A DNA stretch of 64,000 bases from an uncultured Candidatus Rokubacteria bacterium. GTDB taxonomy: Bacteria; Methylomirabilota; Methylomirabilia; Rokubacteriales; DASRDR01. The notes beneath the pieces are model-generated. The model saw nothing but the letters and a program-made list of their open reading frames with translations. It searched no databases and was not told the origin of the DNA. Made by a program: the position numbers and the translations under genes. Where the stretch lies: the NCBI GenBank assembly GCA_963805625.1, contig CAWDVE010000004.1, positions 96,001 through 160,000 on the forward strand, read 5' to 3'. Positions 20,149 to 29,249 of the stretch are shown in pieces (position 1 is the stretch's first letter; each line of letters begins with the position of its first letter).

Positions 20149-21069
20149 ATGATACGGCGCTTCGGTCTCGCGGTGTCGGCGAGCGCGGCTTTCCTGGCGG
20201 CGCTTCTGCTGGCCAGCGCCGGCGGGCGGCCGGGCGCGGCCGCCGAGGTGGCGGAGGAGGACGACGACGAGGTCCAGCTGCGGGAGGTCTACATCCCGCA
20301 CCCCGAGTTCCAGACCTACTTCGATCGCGACCAGCTGGCGGTCGAGCAGGTGACGCTCGTGCGAGTGCGGCGCCCGGACCAGTCGGAGGCGCTGGTCGCC
20401 AAGGAGGAGTCTGGCTGGGAGCACGTCGCCCTCGAGGGATGGCGGCTCACCTTCTACAGCCAGGCGAAGCAGCCGCTCCGGCCGGGGCCGGGCCGGCACG
20501 TCATCGTGCAGGAGTGGTCGGGGGGCGCGCATTGCTGCTTCGACTATCACGTGCTCCACGTTCAGGGGACCCAGATCCGGCGCGAGGGGACGATCCGCGG
20601 AGGGGACTGCAGCCTGCGCGTGGCGGACCTGGACCAGGACGGGGCGCTCGAGCTCATTGCCTGCGACGCGCGGTTCGCGTACGCGTTCGATCTTCCCTTC
20701 GCCGAGTCTCCGCTCGTGCCTGTGGTCTACACGTTCCGCGACCGGGCGTACGTCGCGGACAACCGGCGCTTCCCGCAGGTCTACCAGTTCCGCCTCACCC
20801 AGGAGCGGCGCCGGCTCGCGGAGGCGGAGCGAGCGAGCGACGCGCGCGGCGCCCGGCGGGCTGTCCTGAGTCTCCTCCTGCACACGCTCTACGCGGGCCG
20901 CGTGACCGAGGCCTGGTGCGGGTTCGATCGCGGCTACCGGTGGGCCGACCGGGCGGACGTCCGGCAGGAGGTGATGAGGCGGCTCCGGCTCGCTCACGAT
21001 CCCGAGGACGGTCGGCTCCCGCCGATCGATCTTGGCTACGCCCTCGTGCCGCCCGGCCGGTGCCGCTGA
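20149..21069 (+). CDS. Secreted hypothetical protein with a VCBS/FG-GAP-like motif
   Basis: Signal peptide; WSGGAHCCF; ADLDQDGALELI. Confidence 0.7.
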   Translation: MIRRFGLAVSASAAFLAALLLASAGGRPGAAAEVAEEDDDEVQLREVYIPHPEFQTYFDRDQLAVEQVTLVRVRRPDQSEALVAKEESGWEHVALEGWRLTFYSQAKQPLRPGPGRHVIVQEWSGGAHCCFDYHVLHVQGTQIRREGTIRGGDCSLRVADLDQDGALELIACDARFAYAFDLPFAESPLVPVVYTFRDRAYVADNRRFPQVYQFRLTQERRRLAEAERASDARGARRAVLSLLLHTLYAGRVTEAWCGFDRGYRWADRADVRQEVMRRLRLAHDPEDGRLPPIDLGYALVPPGRCR

Positions 21070-21190
21070 GCCATCCGGGCTGACCCGCCCCCCCTGGGCG
21101 GCTCCGCGGAGGGCGTGCTACGATTCGGCTTCGACGCCTCGGACGAACCGGTTCGGCTGGCTCTAGCCCTGACGACTCCCGGGAGGCACG

Positions 21191-23287
21191 ATGACCATCG
21201 ATATCGCGCGCATTCGTAACGTCGGCTTCGTCGGCCATGGCGGCGTCGGTAAGACGTCGCTGGTCGAGGCGATCCTGTTCCGGAACGGCATGACGTCTCG
21301 TCTCGGCCGCGTGGACGACGGCACTGCCACGACCGACTTCGATCCCGAGGAGATCAAGCGCAAGATCTCCATCAACATCGGCGTCGCGCACTGCGACTAT
21401 CGCGACCACCGGTTCAACTTCGTGGACATGCCGGGATACGGCGATTTCATCGCCGAGGCGCGGGCAGGGCTCCGCGTCGTCGAGGGCGCGGTGCTGGTCG
21501 TGGACGCGGTGGCCGGCGTCGAGGTCCAGACGGAGAAGGTCTCGAAGTTCGCGCAGGAGTATGGGCTGCCCCGGCTGGTCTTCGTCAACCGAATGGACCG
21601 CGAGCGGGCCGATTTCCTTCGTACGCTCGAGTCGATCCAGCGCCGGCTCAAGGGCCGGTTCGTTCCGCTCCACGTGCCGATCGGCCAGGAGGCCGAGTTT
21701 CGTGGGCTCGTGGACGTGCTCCGGATGAAGGGCTACGTCCTGGGAGGCGCCCCCGGGAAGATCGATGAGACCGACATCCCGGCCGAGCTCGCGGAGACGG
21801 TGCAGAGTGCCCGCGAGAAGCTCGTCGAGGCCGTGGCCGAGACGGACGACGACCTCCTGGCCCGGTACCTCGAGGAGGGGACGCTGGATGAGGCCGTCGT
21901 CATCAAAGCGCTCCGGGCGGCCATCGCGGATGGCAAGCTCGTGCCCGTCATCCTCGGGTCCGCGACGAAGGCGATCGGCGTGCGCTCCCTGCTGGACATC
22001 GTGATCGACTCCTTCCCGTCTCCGGCCGACCGGCCGCCAGTGGAGGGAATCGACCCCCGCACCAAGGAGCCGGTGACGCGGGCCGCCAGCGCGAAGGAGC
22101 CCTTCTCCGCCCTCGTGTTCAAGACCCTCACGGATCCCCACGTCGGCAAGCTCACGCTCTTCCGCGTCTTCTCGGGCGTCGTCACGGGCAACTCCCAGGT
22201 CTACAACCCGGCGCGCGAGACGCGCGAGCGGGTCGGTCAGGTGGCGCTGCTCCAGGGACGGGAGCACAAGGTCGTGGAGGCGCTCGGCGCCGGCGAGATC
22301 GGTGTGGTGCTGAAGCTCCGGGAGACGCTCACCGGCGACACACTGTGCGCCGAGAACGCGCCCGTGATCCTCCCGCGCATCCAGTTCGCGGAGCCGGCGA
22401 TCTCCTTCGCGCTCCAGCCGAAGGCGAAGGGAGACGAGGACAAGATCTCGAACGCGCTCGCCCGGCTCGCCGAGGAGGACCCCACCCTCCGGTACCACTA
22501 CGACCCCGAGACTAAGCAGCTCCTGATCTCGGGCGTCGGCCAGCTCCACATCGAGGTCACCCTCGAGCGGATGAAGCGCAAATTCAACGCCGAGGTGGTC
22601 CTTCTGCCGCCGCGGATCCCCTACAAGGAGACCGTCAAGGGTCGGGCCCAGGTCCAGGGTCGGCACAAGAAGCAAACGGGCGGCCGGGGCCAGTTCGGCG
22701 ACTGCTGGGTCGAGATCGAGCCGCTTTCGCGGGGTTCAGGGCTCGAATTCGTCGACAAGATCTTCGGCGGCTCGATCCCCCGGAACTTCATACCGTCGGT
22801 GGAGAAGGGCGTGCGCGCCCGGCTCGAGCGCGGCGTCATGGCCGGCTACCAGGTCGTGGACGTGCGCGTGACCCTCTACGACGGCTCGTACCACAGCGTC
22901 GACTCGTCCGACATCGCGTTCCAGCTCGCGGGGCAGATCGCGGCTGAAAAGGCCGTGCTCGAGGCGCGGCCGTGCCTCCTCGAGCCGGTCATGGACGTCG
23001 AGGTGACGGCGCCCTCCGCCATCGCGGGCGACGTGATCGGCGATCTCAACAGCCGCCGGGGCAAGATCGCGGGGATGGAGCCGGGCGACGAGAGCAGCGT
23101 GGTCCGCGCCCAGGTCCCCATGGCGGAGATGCTGAACTACGAGCCGCATCTCCGCTCGATGTCGGGCGGTCGGGGCAGCTACTCGATGGAGTTCTCCCAC
23201 TACGAGGAGCTACCCGGGATGCTGACCGAGAAGGTCGTGGCCGAGGCGAAGAAGGAGAAGGAGGCGCGCGCGGCCGAGAAGCACTGA
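21191..23287 (+). CDS. fusA: Elongation factor G paralogue (EF-G2 type)
   Basis: Full EF-G architecture (GQLHIE, KKQTGGRGQFG, DGSYHSVDSS, GDLNSRRG) with divergent G motifs GHGGVGKT/RKISI/DMPGY/NRMD; not in the str operon. Confidence 0.93.
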   Translation: MTIDIARIRNVGFVGHGGVGKTSLVEAILFRNGMTSRLGRVDDGTATTDFDPEEIKRKISINIGVAHCDYRDHRFNFVDMPGYGDFIAEARAGLRVVEGAVLVVDAVAGVEVQTEKVSKFAQEYGLPRLVFVNRMDRERADFLRTLESIQRRLKGRFVPLHVPIGQEAEFRGLVDVLRMKGYVLGGAPGKIDETDIPAELAETVQSAREKLVEAVAETDDDLLARYLEEGTLDEAVVIKALRAAIADGKLVPVILGSATKAIGVRSLLDIVIDSFPSPADRPPVEGIDPRTKEPVTRAASAKEPFSALVFKTLTDPHVGKLTLFRVFSGVVTGNSQVYNPARETRERVGQVALLQGREHKVVEALGAGEIGVVLKLRETLTGDTLCAENAPVILPRIQFAEPAISFALQPKAKGDEDKISNALARLAEEDPTLRYHYDPETKQLLISGVGQLHIEVTLERMKRKFNAEVVLLPPRIPYKETVKGRAQVQGRHKKQTGGRGQFGDCWVEIEPLSRGSGLEFVDKIFGGSIPRNFIPSVEKGVRARLERGVMAGYQVVDVRVTLYDGSYHSVDSSDIAFQLAGQIAAEKAVLEARPCLLEPVMDVEVTAPSAIAGDVIGDLNSRRGKIAGMEPGDESSVVRAQVPMAEMLNYEPHLRSMSGGRGSYSMEFSHYEELPGMLTEKVVAEAKKEKEARAAEKH

Positions 23288-23385
23288 GCCGGGGCCATCG
23301 GCTCGACGGTCCATCACCCTGGCTGGCGCCCGGTCGGACGCGGCGATCCGGCTCCCGGGGCGAGGTTCTTCGGCCGTGCCGAACG

Positions 23386-23811
23386 TCAGGCGTGGGCTTG
23401 CGATGGGCCGATGGTCGCCTCAACCTTGGCCAGCAGGTCGCCGACGGAGACGGGTTTGGCGAGCTGGCCGACGATGTTGAGCCCTGAGTCGCCGGCGAGA
23501 TCCGGCCCTTCCTCGAGGTGGGCCGAGACGATCACCACCGGAATCGTGTGCCACTTGGGATTGGCGCGCACGTTCTCGAGGAAATCCCATCCCGAGGCCC
23601 GGGGCATCCGGAGATCGAGCAGGATCAAGTCCGGGAAGAGATCTCGGATGAGGTCACCCGCTGCCAGGCCGTCCTCCGACCCGATCGCCCGGTAACCGGC
23701 CTCTTCGAGCACCTCGATCCAGAGCGCGCGGAGCCGCGCGTTGTCGTCGACGACTAGCACCCACTTCCGTGGCTTGGTCTTGGCCGAGGCGCCCCCACCG
23801 GGAGAGGTCAT
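23386..23811 (-). CDS. Single-domain response regulator (CheY-like)
   Basis: VLVVDDN, LILLDLRMP, VIVSA, LAKP. Confidence 0.9.
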   Translation of the reverse strand: MTSPGGGASAKTKPRKWVLVVDDNARLRALWIEVLEEAGYRAIGSEDGLAAGDLIRDLFPDLILLDLRMPRASGWDFLENVRANPKWHTIPVVIVSAHLEEGPDLAGDSGLNIVGQLAKPVSVGDLLAKVEATIGPSQAHA

Positions 23812-23952
23812 CGGACCCACGGTACGCAGGCTCGCCGCGTGTTGTCAAAGAGTTCGGCCGCTTCGCGCGCGGGCCCTTCCGGCGCAGGACATACTTGGCG
23901 GGGGCGCGGCGGACGCGCTATGCTCTCGTAGGGAGCCGGCGCGGGGAGAACC

Positions 23953-25524
23953 ATGTATCTGGCATACTTCGGCCTGCGCGAGCCCCCGTTCTCGATCACG
24001 CCGGACCCGCGCTTCCTCTACATGAGCGCTCGGCACCGCGAGGCGCTCGCGCACCTGGTCTACGGCGTGGGCGAGCACGGCGGGTTCGTCCAACTCACCG
24101 GCGAGGTGGGAACCGGCAAGACGAGCGTGTGCCGGTGCCTGCTCGAGCAGCTACCGAACCACGTCGACATCGCCCTCATTCTCAACCCCCGCGTGAGCCC
24201 CGTGGAGCTTCTCGCTCTCGTGTGCGACGAGCTGCGAATCCCGTATCCAGCCGGCACCAAGACCCAGAAGGAGCTCGTGGACCGGCTCCATCGTCATTTG
24301 CTCGAGGCTCATGGGCGCGGCCGGCGGACCGTTCTCATCATCGACGAGGCCCAGAATCTCTCGCCCGAGGTCCTGGAGGAGGTGCGCCTCCTCACGAATC
24401 TCGAGACGACGACCGATAAGCTCCTCCAGGTGATCCTGATCGGCCAGCCGGAGCTGGCGGCGCTCCTCGAGGAAGCGAAGCTCCGCCAGCTCGCGCAGCG
24501 CGTTACGGCTCGGTACCATCTCGAGCCGCTGTCGCGACCCGAGACCCGGGCCTATGTTCGCCACCGCCTTGGCGTGGCGGGACGTCACGCTCCGTTGTTC
24601 ACGCCGTCGGCGGTGCGCCAGGTTCACCGAGAAACGTACGGCATCCCGCGCCTCATCAACGCCATCGCCGATCGTGCCCTGCTCGGCGCCTATACGCGGG
24701 AGCAGTCGCAAGTCGATGCGGCCACCGTCCGGCGCGCGGCGGCCGAGGTGCTAGGTCGGCCGCTTCGCCTGTGGCAGCGATGGGCGCGGGAAGCGACCGC
24801 CGCCGCCCTCGTTGCGGCCACGGCGGCCACCGCATTCGTCCTCCTCGCCCCGGGTGAAATCGGCCGGGACGAGGCTCGCCGTGCGACCGCCGTGACGGGA
24901 CCGGCGGACCCCACACTGACCGGCGTATCTGCCACGGCGGCGAGCCTGACCGCGGCGGGAACGTCCGAGCGCCCCCCGCGCCCGCGCCTCGCGGACGTCC
25001 TCCGTGACCCGGCGATCCCGGCCACAAAGGGGGACGCCCTGGCCGTACTCCTGGGCCTCTGGGGTGTGCACGCTGCGAACCAGCCGGATTGCGAAGGGCC
25101 ACCCGCGGGGGCGCTCGAGTGCCTCGCGTCGGTCGGCAACTGGCAGAAGCTTCGCCGGCTCGATCTTCCCGCCGCGCTTGAGCTCGCGGGTCCGGGGGGC
25201 GAGCGGCGCTACGCCGTTCTCACGGCGCTCACGCCATCGGAGGCAACGCTTCGGTTCGGCGACCGTGTCGTCACCGCGCAGCTGGCCGAGGTCGAGTCAT
25301 TCTGGGACGGCACCTTCGTCATCCTCTGGCGACCTCCGCCGGTGGAGCTCCCGGTCCGGCGCGGATCCAGTGGTCCTGCCACCGACTGGCTCCGGCAGCG
25401 CATGGCGCGGGCTGCCGGCGCCGATCTGCCGCTCGAGAATGGCCGGCCGTACGACCAGGGCCTGTGGGAGCGGGTGACGGCCTTCCGGCCCGACGTGCCG
25501 CGGCTTTCCGCAGGGGAACCTTAG
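23953..25524 (+). CDS. exeA: ExeA/GspA family AAA ATPase
   Basis: MYLAYFGLREPPFSITPDPRFLY, TGEVGTGKT, IIDEAQNL, LIGQPEL, GIPRLIN; C-terminal PG-binding domain appears shortened. Confidence 0.92.
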   Translation: MYLAYFGLREPPFSITPDPRFLYMSARHREALAHLVYGVGEHGGFVQLTGEVGTGKTSVCRCLLEQLPNHVDIALILNPRVSPVELLALVCDELRIPYPAGTKTQKELVDRLHRHLLEAHGRGRRTVLIIDEAQNLSPEVLEEVRLLTNLETTTDKLLQVILIGQPELAALLEEAKLRQLAQRVTARYHLEPLSRPETRAYVRHRLGVAGRHAPLFTPSAVRQVHRETYGIPRLINAIADRALLGAYTREQSQVDAATVRRAAAEVLGRPLRLWQRWAREATAAALVAATAATAFVLLAPGEIGRDEARRATAVTGPADPTLTGVSATAASLTAAGTSERPPRPRLADVLRDPAIPATKGDALAVLLGLWGVHAANQPDCEGPPAGALECLASVGNWQKLRRLDLPAALELAGPGGERRYAVLTALTPSEATLRFGDRVVTAQLAEVESFWDGTFVILWRPPPVELPVRRGSSGPATDWLRQRMARAAGADLPLENGRPYDQGLWERVTAFRPDVPRLSAGEP

Positions 25525-25534
25525 GGCGAGGGCC

Positions 25535-26395
25535 GTGTCTTACATCCTCGATGCCCTCAGGAAGGCCGAGCGCGACCGTCAGGTCTCGCGGGTTCCCACC
25601 CTCGCCACCTCGCACGGAGGTGCGGAGTTGCTCCGCCGACCGCACTGGGCCTGGGTTGTCGCAGCCGGCGCGGTCGCCCTGAGCGCGGTCGTCACGTACA
25701 GCCTTCTGTGGGCGCCGACCCGTCGGGATCCGGTGCGCGAGGCAGGGCGACCGCCAGCGGCGGCGGCTGACCCGGCCGCGGCGCGCGCGAGCGCCGATCC
25801 CGAGGCGCCGCCTCCGGCGCTCGAGCGCGCGCCGGAGGGCTCCGCGGCGGCTCCGGCCCTCACTCCCGGCCCGGCCGTCGAGCGGCCGCCTGGTGGTCAC
25901 GTCCCCGCGAGGCCGCGCGTCGCGCCCACGCGGACCGTGGGCGCCGGCGACGACCTCCGGCGGGCGCCGGACAGGAGGGATTCACCGGACGCGCCTGCGA
26001 CCAGGCGGGCGTCGGCGGCCGAAGCGCGCCCACCGTCGCCTGCCGTCATCGATCGGGCGCCAGTCCCCGAGCTGCGTCCAGGTGGTGATCCCGTCGCCCA
26101 GCCGGCGGTCGTGGCGGCGCCCGCGCCGCTACCCGATGCCGGCGCGGCCAGGGCCGCCCAGCCCGCATCCCCTCAGACGCTCCCGCGGCTCACGCTCGAC
26201 GTGCTCGTGTACTCGGAGGTTCCTGCGGAGCGGCTCGTCTTCATCAACGGACGGAAATACGTCGAGGGACAGACGCTGGATGGTGACGCGGTCGTCGAGC
26301 AGATCACGCCGGACGGGGCGGTCCTGCAGCACCAGGGCAAGCGGATCGTGCTGCGACCGAAGCTCAATCCATACACCCGTCCTGGGTCGCCTTGA
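25535..26395 (+). CDS. exeB: ExeB/GspB (T2SSB) family protein
   Basis: MSYILDALRKAERDR, TM helix, Pro/Ala linker, LDVLVYSEVPAERLVFING...EQITPDG. Confidence 0.9.
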   Translation: MSYILDALRKAERDRQVSRVPTLATSHGGAELLRRPHWAWVVAAGAVALSAVVTYSLLWAPTRRDPVREAGRPPAAAADPAAARASADPEAPPPALERAPEGSAAAPALTPGPAVERPPGGHVPARPRVAPTRTVGAGDDLRRAPDRRDSPDAPATRRASAAEARPPSPAVIDRAPVPELRPGGDPVAQPAVVAAPAPLPDAGAARAAQPASPQTLPRLTLDVLVYSEVPAERLVFINGRKYVEGQTLDGDAVVEQITPDGAVLQHQGKRIVLRPKLNPYTRPGSP

Positions 26396-26513
26396 CACGA
26401 TCGCCGTCCCTCTGGGACAGTGGCTAGGCCGCGCCGGCAGCCGACGCTTCGTGTCCGCGGGCGTCGACGGCCGGTGGGCGAGGGCCGAGCGCCACCAGCG
26501 ACCAGAATCGACC

Positions 26514-27512
26514 ATGAACTTTCTTCGTCGCGCGATCCGCATCGTTCACACCCGCCTCGGTCTCGTCTCGAACAACCGGGAGCTTCTCACGCGTTCGGAG
26601 TACTTCACCGACCGCGTACCCCAGTCGCTCCTGACCGACTACCATCGCGTCGACGACGTGCCGTGGGACGGCGCGCCGACGGGCGTGGACGCGGAGATCC
26701 GCATCGTCGACACGCCCGGTCTCGCACCCGCGATCGCGCTCGAGCCCGACCGCGTGCTCGCGGTGGGGGACTGGACGGCTCTCGAGGCGGGCAACTCCGA
26801 CCGCCGCTACTCCCTCTTCGGGAACCTGGGGTACGTCTTCCGCTACGCGATCCACGCCCTGGAGCGCTACCACGACACGTGGTCGTTCCACGCGAGCGCC
26901 ATGGTCGACGACAAGGGCGACCTCTGGCTCATCCCGGGCGGCGCCGGCGCGGGCAAGACCGTGTTCCTGCTGGAGGGGCTCACGCGAGGCTGGACCATCT
27001 TCTCGACGGAGATGACGCACGTCCGTCTGACGGACGGCGGATACGAGTTCTACAAGGGCTCCCTCTTCGACAACATCCGGCTCGGTACCCTCCTCTACGA
27101 CTTTCCCGCCGTCCTCGAGCGGCTCGGGACCGCGTTGCCGCCGTCGCCGGACCCCTGGGGCTCGAAGATCGCGCTCGACCTCCAGCACGTGCAGACACCG
27201 GCGGACGTGCTGGTGAGCCCGTCCCTGCGGATCGTCAGCCCGAAGGTGGAGTCGGGCCGGGACCGGGCGGTCGTCACGCCGCTCGATCGCCGGGAGAAGC
27301 TGGTCAAGCTCCTCTTCGACAACGCCACCGAGAAGCAGGGGACCACCGTGCTCCTCTACGACCGGCTGCCCGTCCCGTCGCTCGACACGCCGGAGCTCAT
27401 GGCCCGGCGGCTCCACGCCATGCAGGGGCTGGTGGACCGGGCCACGATCAAGAGCGCCCGGAGCACCCTCTGCGGGGCCCGCAACTGCATGGAGGGTCTG
27501 CTGGATGAGTGA
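26514..27512 (+). CDS. HPr-kinase-like P-loop protein of unknown function
   Basis: FHASAMV...LIPGGAGAGKT (His plus Walker A spacing as in the HPrK/PEPCK fold); overlaps the comA start. Confidence 0.7.
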   Translation: MNFLRRAIRIVHTRLGLVSNNRELLTRSEYFTDRVPQSLLTDYHRVDDVPWDGAPTGVDAEIRIVDTPGLAPAIALEPDRVLAVGDWTALEAGNSDRRYSLFGNLGYVFRYAIHALERYHDTWSFHASAMVDDKGDLWLIPGGAGAGKTVFLLEGLTRGWTIFSTEMTHVRLTDGGYEFYKGSLFDNIRLGTLLYDFPAVLERLGTALPPSPDPWGSKIALDLQHVQTPADVLVSPSLRIVSPKVESGRDRAVVTPLDRREKLVKLLFDNATEKQGTTVLLYDRLPVPSLDTPELMARRLHAMQGLVDRATIKSARSTLCGARNCMEGLLDE

Positions 27513-28350
27513 GCGCGACGAGGCCGCGCGCCGGCCGGCCTGGGACGGCGTCATCGAGATGCCGGTCCCGGAGCGCCTCCGAAAGCCGCGCGATGGTGGC
27601 TGGACGATGGTCATCGACAAGGGGCTCGGCCTCAACGCGATCGACGACCTGATGCAGGTGGCGGCGCCGGTCATCGACGTGCTGAAGCTCACCTTCGGAA
27701 CCTCGGCCTTCTTCGGTCGCGACGTCCTCAAGGAGAAGGTGCGGACGGTCACGGCCCACGGCGTCCACTGCATGCCGGGCGGGACCTTCCAGGAGGTCGC
27801 GGTCTGGCAGGGCGCGCTCGACCGCTACCTCGATCGGGCGGGCCAGCTCGGCTTCAACGCGATCGAGGTCTCGGACGGCACCATCGAGATGGACCGCCGG
27901 ACCCGGGCCGAGGCCATCCAGAAGGCCGTGAAGGCGGGCTTCCGCGTCCTGTCGGAGGTGGGCAAGAAGGATCCCGCCGACGCCCAGCCGATGGCGACGC
28001 TCGCCGAGGTCGTCAACGCGGACCTCGATGGCGGCGCGTTCATGGTCATCATGGAGGCGCGCGAGGCGGGCAAGGGCGTGGGCATCTACGACGCCTCCGG
28101 CCTCCCCAAGGAAGCGGAGATCGAGGCTTTCCTGAAGGGCGTGCGCGATCCCGGCCGCGTCCTCTGGGAGGCGCCGCTCGGTCCCCAGCAGCGGTACCTC
28201 GTCCTCCGGTTCGGCCCCAACGTCAACCTGGGCAACGTCGCTCCCGAGGACATCCTCGCTCTCGAGGCGCTCCGCTGCGGCCTCCGGGGTGACACTCTCA
28301 AGCGCGCGTGGCTGACCGACCCGCGGTTCCGCGCGCGGCGATTGCCCTAG
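27505..28350 (+). CDS. comA: Phosphosulfolactate synthase
   Basis: RKPRDGGWTMVIDKG, KLTFGTS, PGGT, IEVSDGTI, SEVGKKD, MEAREAG, WEAP, FGPNVNLGN, LEALRCGLRGDT. Confidence 0.93.
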   Translation: MSERDEAARRPAWDGVIEMPVPERLRKPRDGGWTMVIDKGLGLNAIDDLMQVAAPVIDVLKLTFGTSAFFGRDVLKEKVRTVTAHGVHCMPGGTFQEVAVWQGALDRYLDRAGQLGFNAIEVSDGTIEMDRRTRAEAIQKAVKAGFRVLSEVGKKDPADAQPMATLAEVVNADLDGGAFMVIMEAREAGKGVGIYDASGLPKEAEIEAFLKGVRDPGRVLWEAPLGPQQRYLVLRFGPNVNLGNVAPEDILALEALRCGLRGDTLKRAWLTDPRFRARRLP

Positions 28351-28360
28351 GCCGGGATCA

Positions 28361-29173
28361 GTGGACATCACTGGCCTCGACGCCGGGACCCGGGTTGCGC
28401 TCGGGTTCGCGATCGGCACTTTCGGGACCTTGATCGGAGCCGGCGGCGGCTTCATTCTCGTACCCCTCCTGCTCTTGGGCTACCACTTCCCGCCGCCCGA
28501 GGCCGTGGGGACCTCGCTGAGCCTGGTGTTCCTCAACGCCCTGTCGGGGAGCATCGCGTACCTCCGCCAGCGGCGGGTGGACCTTGCCCTGGGATGGCGC
28601 TTTGCGCTGGCGACGCTTCCTGGCGCGATCGGCGGCGCCTACGTGACGCGCGCGCTCTCCTCGCGCGCGTTCGGGCATGCCTTCGGCGTGCTGCTCATCG
28701 CGGTGGCGGTGCTCCTGTTCCTCGGTCGGACGGCCGGGCCGTCCTCCCGTGCGGGCGCGCGCCAGATCGTCGACGCGAGCGGAGGAACCCACCACTATCG
28801 CGTCGATGTCTGGAAGGGCGTGCTGGTCAGCCTCGTGGTCGGGGTGATTTCCAGCATCTTCGGGATCGGCGGCGGCATCATCCACGTGCCGTTTCTGATC
28901 GTGGTGCTGGGCCTGCCCGTGCACGTGGCCACGGCGACCTCCCACTTCGTGCTGAGCATCTCCGCGTTTGCCGGCGCGCTCACGTTCCTGGCCCTGGGCC
29001 ACGTGGACCTGCCCACCGTCGGGTTCATGGGGGTTGGGATCCTCGCGGGGGCCCAGCTGGGTGCGCGGATGTCGATCGGCACGAGCGCCGGGGTCATTCG
29101 TCGGGTGCTGGCTGGTTCGTTGGCCATCGTGGGCGCCCGGATGGCCCTGATGGGTGGAGGTTACTTGCCGTGA
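28361..29173 (+). CDS. TauE/SafE family sulfite exporter
   Basis: GTLIGAGGGFILVP, AVGTSL, GIGGGIIHVP, ATATSHF; about 8 TM helices. Confidence 0.9.
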   Translation: MDITGLDAGTRVALGFAIGTFGTLIGAGGGFILVPLLLLGYHFPPPEAVGTSLSLVFLNALSGSIAYLRQRRVDLALGWRFALATLPGAIGGAYVTRALSSRAFGHAFGVLLIAVAVLLFLGRTAGPSSRAGARQIVDASGGTHHYRVDVWKGVLVSLVVGVISSIFGIGGGIIHVPFLIVVLGLPVHVATATSHFVLSISAFAGALTFLALGHVDLPTVGFMGVGILAGAQLGARMSIGTSAGVIRRVLAGSLAIVGARMALMGGGYLP

Positions 29174-29249
29174 TGTGCCGGCGGTGGGTTCCGTCGTTTC
29201 CGGCCGACGAGAGACGTCTTTCGCGCTTGATGTTCAGGGAGAGTGACGC

